Source of the DNA: Paramecium tetraurelia
Taxonomy: Eukaryota
DNA length: 20,000 nt
Direction of reading: 5' to 3'
Assembly: GCA_000165425.1 (NCBI GenBank)
Contig: CT868063.1
Coordinates: 617,332 to 637,331, forward strand
Part shown: positions 1-10,669 of the stretch, one piece after another
Numbering within the stretch: position 1 is the stretch's first letter
Layout of the letters: every line of letters starts with the position of its first letter
Translations under genes and position numbers: made by a program
The notes under the pieces: model-generated
The model's database searches: none
What the model saw: only the letters and a program-made list of their open reading frames with translations
What the model was told of the DNA's origin: nothing

Positions 1-1
1 A

Positions 2-298
2 GTGGTTATTGCAGACAGAGTCGTCTCATCTCATTTTGATTGTTTCATGATTGCATAATAAGTTCATTAAGGAACTGCTACTCCAACACATTATACAGTT
101 TTAGAAAATACCACTAATTGGAAAGAAGAATTATTTTGGAAATTTACATATTATTAATGTTATAATTATAAAAACTGGTGTGGACCAATCAAAATACTTG
201 CTTGTGTTTAGAATGCTCACACAGCTGCATACAGAACAGGGGAGGTTATCTAAGATAACGCATGTTCTTCTTTAGAATCAAAGCTATTTTATCTATGA
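2..298 (+). CDS. Piwi-clade Argonaute, C-terminal PIWI domain (5'-partial)
   Basis: Ciliate-code translation: VVIADRVVSSHFDCFMIAQQVHQGTATPTHYTVLENTTNWKEELFWKFTYYQCYNYKNWCGPIKILACVQNAHTAAYRTGEVIQDNACSSLESKLFYL*. It contains the QGT..PTHY, Y.NW.G.I...A..Q.AH and terminal LFYL motifs of Piwi proteins. TGA at 296-298. Which Ptiwi paralog cannot be assigned. Confidence 0.95.
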
Positions 299-379
299 GT
301 TTCTTTATTATTTTATTTTCATTTAATTTATAAATTTTAACTTCAAATATATTAATACACTTATTATCTAATATACTAC

Positions 380-1471
380 TCAAATATTTAATGACAATGC
401 TTATTAGGACATTTCAGAAAAACTATCAATGGAGATTTTAGCCAAACCATTAATTCCCCAAGTGTCTCCCCAAGTATTCTCAATGATCCAATACTATTAT
501 CCATTGTGTTCACCCCATCCTATTATTTTAACTGCTTGACCCCCATGAAAATGAGGCTACCCATCTAATACTTAATAAATTCCATCTTTATAGATTAAAA
601 AATCTTTGTAAACTGGCATAATCGCAACCGCTGGTCCTTTCATTAAAATATCCCTTTTGATATCCTATGATATGAATATTAGTACATCTTTATTCTATAA
701 TTAACAATAGGACTCAGCTTTAAATCGCTAACAATGATCAAGGGCATTGGTACACTCTTTAAATGTATCATCCCCTCTAAAAGGATGACATTCGTTTGTA
801 GTCAATCCATGTTTTATGATATAATCAGCTGATCTTGTTAAATGTCCTCCTTTGCATCCCAAATTTAATTTGCCATCACAAGACAATAAATTTTGAGCAG
901 ATAATTATTAGGTTTAATTTTATTTGCATACTCTGTCTGAGAATGAAGAAGAAACCGCAATAGAATAAGATGATGAACAATTTCCTTAATTATAAACTTG
1001 ATGATTGCACTATGGATAGAATTCTTTGAAGTTGTAATATACAGGTATTTCTTCGATAAAAGACAATTTGCATTTCTCTACATTTATTTATTATGTGAAA
1101 TCATTTTTAAATAAGGTTTTTGCTTACATTAACGTGATATTCTATTGTAATTATAATAATTAAAACATAGAAAAAAGCATTTGGGCCTAAGTTGTATGAA
1201 TGGCCTTACGAATTGTGTGACTTAATTTCAGATTCATTAATGATAATGTATTCTTTTGTTTACTTGGTAAAAGATAAATAAGAAATAATTAAAAACCCAA
1301 TCACAACTATAGGCTTTTTAGTATTATCTTACTTGATATTATGATATGAATTTTGTAGTTGGTCATAAAATCTGGTTTTGTTGTCCTTTTCTTAATTGCT
1401 GTCTATAAAAGCTTTAGTTTCTCAACTTATTGCTTAGTAGGACAAGGACTCGTTGAACGTGGTCCACGCAT
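380..1471 (-). CDS. Papain-family (C1A, cathepsin B-like) protein with N-terminal signal-anchor, predicted catalytically inactive
   Basis: ATG 1471, TGA 380-382. Introns at 1307-1332, 1142-1166 and 665-685. Motifs: IHIIISIVIGFLIISYLSF (TM), NQGNCSSSYSIAVSSSFSDRVC, LSAQNLLSC, GCKGG, GPAVA, YKDFLIYKDGIY, GGQAVKIIGWG, YWIIENTWGDTWGINGL. Confidence 0.93.
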
Positions 1472-1517
1472 TCTTAATTAATTAATAATTATTTAATCAT
1501 TATTTATCATAATTCAA

Positions 1518-2367
1518 ATGTCATAAGATCAACTGATTCTAGATGATATTTCAGTAATTAAAATTCTTTAAATTAGGACATCATGAGAAGCACAAGAATA
1601 ATTGATAAATATTTAGTTAAGGCTTTACATTGCATCATTAATGATTACCAATAAAATATGGACATAAATGCATTATTAGATAGCCTTAATAATTCTAAGC
1701 ACTTGGTTTGTAACAAGTATTGTTTGTTAGAATCTAAATCTAATCTTCTTAGATATGTAGTTAATACTGAAAATTACAATGTAATATTTATTGTTTAAAA
1801 TAATAAAGAATTACATAAAGATCATAGCCTTCTTGAGTTCCCTTATTTAATAATAAGAATTGAAGTCCATTTCCTAATTAAAATAAACTCATAAACCTAA
1901 TTGTATCCTTATCTAACCCAAAAAGACCAAGAATGTTCAAAATGACAAATCTCCGAAAAAATGTTTCGATATTAAACCTAAATATTTTCATTCCAAATCT
2001 TAGACCTGGATTTTTAATTCTAAATAGTACATTTCAAAAATATTAGTAATAAAAGTAACTCAATAATTTCAACTAGGACAGAGAATTATCAAAATTACAA
2101 CAATTGCAAACCCAACATGATGATTACTCTAGATATCGTTCATGGTCTATTCAGTAATAAGAATTACAATAAGAAAATAAATAAAGATTCAATTATCAGC
2201 AGAGATCAAGCAGAGAATTAAGATTTTCTATAACTACTTCTACATCGCCAAAATAAAAAAGTTAAATTCTACCCTAAACTAATAAGGAACATGATTATTC
2301 TATACAAGTAAAAAGGTTAAAAAACGAAATCTCATAGTTAGAATCAAAATTAAAACTTTATAATTGA
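1518..2367 (+). CDS. Hypothetical protein with C-terminal coiled-coil-like segment
   Basis: ATG 1518. An open frame results with GT-AG introns 1554-1576, 1781-1808 and 2055-2076 (third donor uncertain). MSQDQLILDDISDIMRSTRIIDKYLVKALHCII...VKRLKNEISQLESKLKLYN*. No family recognised. Confidence 0.6.
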
Positions 2368-2391
2368 ATTTTAAACTTATAATAAAATACT

Positions 2392-2934
2392 TCAAAAATT
2401 ATTTTTTTAATAATTACTCTTAGTTGTAAATTATTAATATTGATTCTAATTGTCTTTGAGAGAAAATTCTGTATTTAATCTAGTCGAAAAACTAGTTTTA
2501 GATTTTTTCTTTTGAATTTCTATTTTTTCCAATGTTTCATTTAATTCCTAAATCTATTCTTCCTTCTTTTTACACTCCAAACATTAATGTACAACAGGTA
2601 AAATGATTGGCTGCGAATTTTAGCGATAATGTTTTAAATCAAGTACTTTAGTTTCTATGTTACTAATTAAATTTGATAATTAAGTAGGTTCAATATGACT
2701 TTAGATTAAAGATATCTAATTTAAATTGAATTTGATCTTTTGTTCATCACTAAGTTGATTCCAAACTTATTGATATTTGTATTATAAGTTTTTATATTGT
2801 ATCTCTTATACTTATAAATTATCCATTAAACTATTTGATAACTTTGTGAGTTTTTAAATTTCTTATATCAACTATTCTAATTTACTCATCAAATGAGGGA
2901 TTAGTTTATTTGTTGAAATTGATAGTTGTTGCAT
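2392..2934 (-). CDS. Hypothetical 180-aa coiled-coil protein with a CxxC motif
   Basis: Intronless ORF in the ciliate code: MQQLSISTNKLIPHLMSKLEQLIQEIQKLTKLS...HQCLECKKKEEQIQELNETLEK...KNNF*. Heptad-like L/I pattern. Confidence 0.65.
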
Positions 2935-3367
2935 TTTAAATAATTAACCGTAATAAATTTTTAATCTAATTACTTACTTGTATATAAATGTAATTAACTA
3001 CAATTACTGTATTTTGAATATTTTTTCATTCACAACAATCTTGTACAATTTTGATATTATTATTGATTTAATTCATTATCTTAATTATATCATTAAAATC
3101 ACGATATTCACAATCCACTTTAGTTGAAAATCAAAAATAACCTCTAAATAATGCTCAAATAAAGGCGGAATAAAAAGTGATTTAGTGTTAACTTTGAGAA
3201 TAGCCATATTCTCTAAGAAATAACTAATAATAATTTCCTTAATTTGAATTCAGTTTCTATAAGTAAAAGCTCACTCGACGTTTAATTTATATTGGTAACT
3301 ATAATATCACATGAATTATTTAAAGCTAAATAGATATTATGAGAATATTTGTTAATAAAAATTAAAA

Positions 3368-3769
3368 ATGGATAATTAAAAGAAGTGTCTTTTTGAAAAA
3401 TTTGGAGGAGACCAATAAGTTTCAGAACTCATTGATCAATTCTATTATAAAGTTTTGTTTGATAAGCTACTTCGAGACAAATTTTTGAAGGCTGACATGA
3501 GTCGAGTTCGATATCAACAAAAACGATTTTTCGCTTAAATGATGGGTGATACTAATACCTAATACACTGGAAGGTATTTTATTTGGTTTAATAATTATAG
3601 AGATTTAATAGAGGTTCATAAAAATCTCAATATCACAAACTAATAATTTGATAAATTTAAAACCCATCTCAAAAATATTGCATTAGACATGGAAATACCA
3701 AATGTAGACTTAGAAGAGCTACTTCAACATGTTGAAAAACATAGAGACCTTATTGTATTCTAAAAATGA
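3368..3769 (+). CDS. Group I truncated (2/2) hemoglobin, 124 aa
   Basis: MDNQKKCLFEKFGGDQQVSELIDQFYYKVLFDKLLRDKFLKADMSRVRYQQKRFFAQMMGDTNTQYTGRDLIEVHKNLNITNQQFDKFKTHLKNIALDMEIPNVDLEELLQHVEKHRDLIVFQK*. Shows the LFE..GG start, B9-B10 FY, CD1 Phe, YTGR and proximal His (EVH). One intron at 3574-3600. Confidence 0.95.
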
Positions 3770-4715
3770 TAAAAAGATTTTGCGATTGGTTATTGTATTA
3801 TATTCTTTTCTAAATTGCATCATTTACGATATCATTTTATATAATCTGAAATATAAATAATACAAAAAGTTAATTATTACAAATTATCAACTAACAGAAA
3901 TAATTTGGATGAAAATGAATATATACTAATGCAAATAGAATTAGTTTTACATTGCATTATATTATATTGAATTAAAATCCAATTATAACTGTTATTTTTA
4001 CTTTAACCTTTTTTGACTTATGGTATTAGAATCTAAAGTTATTTACTAAAAGGATTAAGTTTTTAGATATTATATTCTAAGTATTGAATTTATTTAAATT
4101 TAAAAGCTAAGATTACTTTATTCGACGATAGATTGTAACTTTACCTTAGAGTTAGTGAAAAATATACTTGAACAGAAGTTTCATTGATTTAAGAATCTAC
4201 TTTGTCTTCAAAATGATAAAAAATATGATTTCTTTAGAAATGAAGATTCGGCAGCTCTAAAGTAAAATGATTGTTTTATTCTGTTAAATAAAATAAGGTT
4301 TTTGTTTTATAAAAAGCTAACCATTTATCCAAACTCCTATTCTAATCAATGTTGATTCAGTTTTTTAGTATTTGATTTTATTAGTTTTTTTCTTAACTAA
4401 TTTATCAAAAAAAATATATTAATAAATTTAAAAATACGAATAAACAATCCATATAAATCTAATACATTAATTCTGGTAAATAAGAATAAACGAATTTTGT
4501 GACTATCCAAGAACTAGTAGATGTAGAATAAGATGAGAAATCAATTCATTTTCCCAATCCATTTTTTGATATAAATTTAACAAATTTATTTAGTCGAAAT
4601 TGTTGAAAAAAACTTAACAATTTAGTAATTGATTTTTGAGGATAGCTAAGTTTATAAAAATGAATAATTTAATTTGTATATAAGATTTATTGGTATCGTA
4701 TAAATCAAATTAAAA

Positions 4716-7700
4716 TCATTTTAACAGTTGTTCTTCCTCTTTATTCCTAAAATATTATACTACATTAGTAAGATTAAACGTGTTTTTTAATTATTTCTGT
4801 TACTATGCTTATTTTATAACCTATAAGAATGTCATTCCAGTTGATTTTTTGTTAGGTTGAGGCTTAATAAGATAAAATCTGTACCATAGTAAGAATAGGT
4901 TGAACAACAATCGTGTTGAGTTGCTCTTCTAATAATTTTTCTTCTTATTAAGGCGTTATTTTTTCAGTATTATCCTCCTCTAAATCTGGGTTTGGTTGTT
5001 TAATTACTTGACCATAGGTTTTTTACATGCACTTATCAAAATCAGAAAGATCATCAGATTCACGAAATTATGCCTTTATAATCTCGCCCAATCTAATATA
5101 AATGAGGAATGTTAGTGCATCTAATTTCTTAAACAGGGGTTATTGTCTTCTATCATCAATTGTGATCTAATCATTAGTTCTTATCAAAGATAATTTTTCA
5201 GCACACCTAGCTAAAGCCTCTAAGAATTCATAAAATTCCATTTAGAAATGTTTAAGTAAGTAAAGTTCATCAACTGATGTCTACATAGCCAGCAAGTATG
5301 CAAGATAAGCATCTCTTTCAACAAAAATATCACAATACAAATCGCATTTGTTTAATAAATCTCTGAAATCTTTAAATTAAAGCCATATGTGTTTATAATA
5401 CTTTTATTTAGAATTTAATTTTGATGTGTATTTGAATAGTAATTTTAACATTGGCAATCTATCTTCTAATAGAATATTTAAATAATGAATTACTTAATAA
5501 AATGTCACATTATTCATTCCAATATCTCATGTCCCTCCAATCTTGACTACGGTCAATTTCTTATAGTTTTTATTTGATTCCATCTTCTTCAAACATTTTT
5601 CTCAAACTCTCTTTAATTGTTTTGCAAATTTATGTTCTCAAATATTTATCAATAGCAATTCTAACTAATACTTCCATTAGCTGGTATCTTACTAGAGCTT
5701 TCTCGTAAACATTAGGATAATTGATATCTTTAACATTTGAAGTGGCAATAAAATTTAAATCAATATCCCCAGATCTAAATTTTTCAGAAATAACTCCTGT
5801 TGTTGATAAAAAATCAGAGAAGGCATTAGATGAAATACAAGGAATCGTGGCCCCGATAAGAGTAGATGCTAAAAATTTATAAGCTGCAAAAATGTAAGGA
5901 TAATACTCTCTCATAATTTCTTTGACTTCATTATATTCAATTGGATCTTTAATAATTTTATTAATTTTTGAACTTCCATAATCATATTCAAAGCATTCAT
6001 CAATTAATTCATCATTATCAGGTTAATAGTTTTTAAAAATAGAAATTTCATAACTCCAAAATTTTTCAGTTTTTGTAAGAAATTAAGTTAAATCAAAAGT
6101 CTTTTCTTCTTCTCTTGGTTTGCTAAAGATTTTCGCAAAATATCTATCCATAATTGATTACTTATCATCCGTAAATAATTCATTGACAAATCCCATTTTA
6201 TTTCCTTCAATTAAGATATCTCCATTATATAAAAATGATTGTTTAGTTGAATATAAAGGGTCATCCTGAGGAGTTTAAGTAATTAACTAATTTTTAGCTG
6301 TAGTTTAAATTCCAAGCACAGGATTGCTAAAAAAATAAGTGACTTTGAAATTTGGAGGACACATTCTATAAACAGAATATTCTCCATTATGAAGTGTCAT
6401 TAGAACTGGTTTGTAATTTTCAAAATTTAAGTGTACAAATATTGGATCGTTGTTCATTCCACCTGATTTACCAGGAGTCCAAGTGAATTTCACTTCCTAC
6501 CACCCATCACATATCCAACAAGCATCTAATTCACTATCAGTATCATAATTTTATTTGATTGGCTTCATTCCTTAAATTCTTCGAAATCGAAAATTTCTAT
6601 ATAATTCTGAATCAGTTTTTAGATCTTTTATTCTTTTTTTTTAATACTATTAGTGTTATTGTTGTTCTTATATCTGTATTTCTGGACTTTAATAATCATC
6701 TACTAATTTTAAAGTTGTTTATGGGTTTTTTTAACACTCTTCGATTTTTCTTTGAATATCTGTAGCTTCTTAAATTCTATCTCTTAAGTGTCCAGTAGAA
6801 TCAACTGAATATTTTGGGCAATTCCCTTAATAATGAAATCCATATATATTCTAATTTTATTCTAATGCTTTTTTAATTTCGATTGATTATTCCTCATTAA
6901 AACCATTATATGAAATGTCTATATGCATAAGTTCTGGATACTATTTAATAATAACTTTGGCCATTTATTAAGAACATTCTATAGAGGCTGTTCGGTTATA
7001 TGAAATATCAAAGACCTTGACGCTAGAATTTTTATACAATGCTTTCCAAATATTAACAGCTCCAACACTATTTATTGAATTAAAATGAAGATATAATTCA
7101 AATAGAACTTGTGTTTTCTTTAGATAGTTGGCCAGTTCAACACAACAATGCTCTGTTAAATTATTTTTAGATAAATTTAAATATAACAAATAATCGTGAT
7201 CTTGAACTGCCTAACATAATGCATTACTTCCTATGTCACCTATTCGATTGTTTTCTAAATTAACTTTCTTTATTTATGAGTTTTAAATATATTTTGATAA
7301 CAATTAGCAAGATTTTGAATCTAATCCATTATTCATTAAATCTAATTCCTACAAATGTTATGGGAATGACTTAGTCAATTGTTAAATTCTAATAAAATAT
7401 GTTAATTGGTGAATACTTTAATGAATTCAGTTTATTGTGGTTCAACTTCAGATGTGTTAAAGTCTTACATTATTAAGTCTTGAGTGCATCAGAAAATACT
7501 TTAACTTATTAAGGGGATCTTATTTGTGCTTATGCATTGGCTAGTTGAATGTGGTTGCATTATTATACTAGTCCTAGACCGCTTTAAAATATTTGCTATT
7601 GGTGCGAGCTTTTATTCAATTGCATATACAAATTTGGAGTTTATTTATAAAATTGAGCATAATCATCCAATTTGTTAAATTGTTTGATGGTCTTTCTGAA

Positions 7701-8495
7701 ATCTTCTTAAGAGACTTTATTCAAATTTTTACTAATATAAAATAATATCAGCTTATTACTTTGCTAATCGAAATTTCCTCAAATATTTACCTCTATCTGT
7801 ATGTAATTCTTGATTGATATCTCCTTTATATTCTAGTTATTACATATATAGCTATTTTTATTCATCATATCTTTAATTATTCTTAAGATGAGATGGGTTA
7901 GATTTATGATGATGATGTTGATGCTTTTTAATTAAATTCATTCTTTGAGGACTGTAATCTTGATATGAAAACTATTTCATCGAGTTTGCGTGTGCCTCAT
8001 CATTTTGTCTTTCAATTTCTAATTAATCATTCTCCATCATAACATCATACTATTCGGGTTTGTAATTATCAATTAATTCTCTAATCATTTTATCTTCCTC
8101 TTATTCATTTAATCTCTCTAGAATACTCTTTTAGGGAGGCTGAGGAGTTGATATTCTATTGATAGTTATAATATTGAAACTGTTAACGGATGGGTATTTC
8201 AGTCATTCTTGTTATGTTCTAGTATCTTTCAAATGTGAGTGGCATTTTAATTTTTTCGATATCCATAATGCATTAAACTTTAGGAGATGTTGATAATCTA
8301 TTTAAACTATTCAAAGTTGTTCTTTATGATTAAGATGTCGAAACTAAATTATTTTCTCAAAATTTACATACAAGTTCTTTTAACCTTTTCTTTCATAGGT
8401 GTGTTCTTTTTCATCTCCTCCTCTTTCTTGATTTCTTTCAATCTTTCCAAAAGCTTCTCTTTTGTATTGAATATTTTTAGTTTCTCAAATAACAT
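4716..8495 (-). CDS. Large leucine-rich repeat (RNI-like) multidomain protein with C-terminal EF-hand-like region
   Basis: ATG 8495, TGA 4716-4718. Introns at 8344-8371, 8156-8180, 7732-7759, 7389-7416 and 5466-5493. LRRs: LTHLKLNHNKL, LQELDLMNNGL, IRKLNLENNRIGDIG, LLYLNLSKNNL, LFELYLHFNSI, VKVFDISYN, LMHIDISYNGF. The model links three ORF-track fragments (6968-7189, 6305-6493, 5630-5914). C-terminal MEFYEFLEALARCAE. Confidence 0.88.
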
Positions 8496-8532
8496 AATTT
8501 AATTGTTATTTTTAATATAATCGATTTCAACC

Positions 8533-9701
8533 ATGAATTCAAACTTCTTACCAAGATTTCGATACATGGATCAACTACAAAGATGTAAATCATACTAATA
8601 TGAAAGTCATATAAATCACAAGAAATACATCAAAATCAGAGCTAATCTCATTTAATACTTAATACAAAAGTTTATATAAGATAAAACCTATTACCTACTA
8701 ACTTCCTGGCTTCTACAATTACATAAAATAAGAAATTGTAATCATTTTTCTCATATAGATTTAAGGAGACATAGAATCTTTAAACAAGGCATCCACTCAC
8801 TATTTCAGCAAGGAAGGCAAACTTATTAGACCGATGTTAAATTTATTATATGCCAATCATATTGAAAAAAACAGTTAACATACAGAATAGTAAAGAATCT
8901 GGGCTGCAGTGATAGAAATTCTACATGTAGCCAGTCTAGTTCATGATGACATCTTAGATGCATCAGATACAAGAAGGGGAATCCCTTCATCTCACACAAT
9001 ATTTGGCAAACACAGAGCTACATTTTCAGCTAACTATTTAATTGGAAGAGCGTAATAATAATTATAAAAATATTAGTGGTCGAAAAATTTCTGAATTAGA
9101 TGACATCAGAATGTTCCAAATCTATTCACAAATTATGGACAACTTAACTAATGGTGAATATTTATAAGCTATGAAATAAAAGAGTTTTCATAACTTTGAG
9201 ATCACTCTTCAAAATTACATGATTAAAACCTATTACAAGACAGCAGCATTGATTGCGAATAGTTTATAAGGAGTGTGCTAGTTAACCAACATTAAAGATG
9301 AAATTTGTGAAAAATCATTCAACATTGGGTTGCATTTGGGCGTTGCCTTCTAAATAATTGATGATGTCTTAGATTATACTTCAAACTCTGAATAATTGGG
9401 TAAAGCTAGTTTAAATGACCTAAAGAGTGGTGTTTTGACTGGACCCGTTTTATTTGAATTATTCAATTAGTAAAAAAAGCAATCCCCAGAATACAAACTT
9501 ATGAACTCAGTTCTATTAGGCGAGTCTAATTAGTACGATACTGTTAATTAAATTGTTTTGGCTGGAGAAGGAATTGAGTAAAGCAAATATTTAGCTTATT
9601 AACACACCTAAGAGGCGTTGAAAATATTATAAAGCATCAATTCCTAACCAGATTAAGATTTAATTTCTTTGATCTTCATGTTCATTGACAGAAATAAATG
9701 A
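8533..9701 (+). CDS. COQ1: Long-chain trans-polyprenyl diphosphate synthase (COQ1/PDSS1-like, ubiquinone side chain)
   Basis: Introns at 8585-8606, 8738-8758 and 9052-9076. Motifs GKLIRP, EILHVASLVHDDILD..DTRRG (FARM), GEYLQ, KTYYKTA, FQIIDDVLD (SARM) and LGK...NDLKSG..TGP. Ala five residues before the FARM fits a long-chain product. The Arg-containing N-terminus is compatible with a mitochondrial presequence. Confidence 0.92.
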
Positions 9702-10669
9702 TAATAACAAGATAAATTTTATAGGATATTTATATAATTGCAAAATTATAGTAGAACATTTTTAATCTAAATTAAATTTTTTTTACACAATAAAGAATTA
9801 GGTGCTCTGTGTTAATCTAAACAAAAATATTAAATAATTTTAATAAAACTTTAATTGAAGAATAAAGTTTGTTTATGTGTATCTACTTACTTTGATTTTT
9901 AAATCTTCATAGTTTTCAATTTTGCTATTCTTACTTTTTATATTACTATTTTAAATTTTAACACAATATTTCTTTGCTGAGATTTCGAATCCCGCAAATT
10001 TAAGCACTTCATCAGTGTTATTGTTCATTACCGAATTCCATATCTCTAAAGGTATTAAAAGCAAAACCACAAATATTTCATAATTAAGAAATTTTCTTAA
10101 AATTTAGATTCTCTTCATTCTAAATTATAAACATACAAAATGCTTCTATCCATAGATTTGTTATATTATATATTTCATAAAAGAGAATTTATATACATCT
10201 CATCTAAAATTTTCAATATTATTCGATATCAAAAAAGTTAATGTTTTATTTCATTCAATAAATAAATAGTTGTAAAATTTAGAAAAATAGATTTATTGAT
10301 TTCATTACTCAATTTGAAAGATCTAATGTCCTAAAAATGCGCTAAAAACGAAGTGTAATTTCACTTCTATTTTTAAATTTTGATAGCTAGCAGAATTTAA
10401 TCTTATTTTTAAAAATAATCGAAAAAATTAATCTTTGGTTTAACGTTGATTATTAAAGAATTTAAACAATAAAAAAATATTTTATTTTAATTAAAATATT
10501 AAAATAGTGTATATTATTTCTATTTTTTTTATGTTACCTATGACTTTTTACTCAATTAATCTTACAGATTTAACTTATATGTTATAATCAGTATATTCTA
10601 TTTGTTTTAAATGAATTATGACTTTTTTCTCAATTTAAATTTGAGATTTAACTGAAATAAAAATTCAGT

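Noticed and set aside
3196..3213. Small hairpin GAGAATA-GCCA-TATTCTC
   Set aside because: A 7-bp AT-rich stem is expected by chance. There is no tRNA or snoRNA context.
8161..8260. Apparent in-frame TGA in the 5' part of the LRR gene
   Set aside because: It disappears once the 25-nt intron at 8156-8180 is used.
1..9701. Retained IESs (TA-bounded germline insertions)
   Set aside because: Every interruption in the modelled genes is explained by a GT-AG intron. IESs in intergenic DNA cannot be excluded by eye.
9720..10120. Minus-strand open frame MKRIQILRKFLNYEIFVVLL...
   Set aside because: No recognisable motif or clean terminator. Long open frames arise easily when TGA is the only stop.
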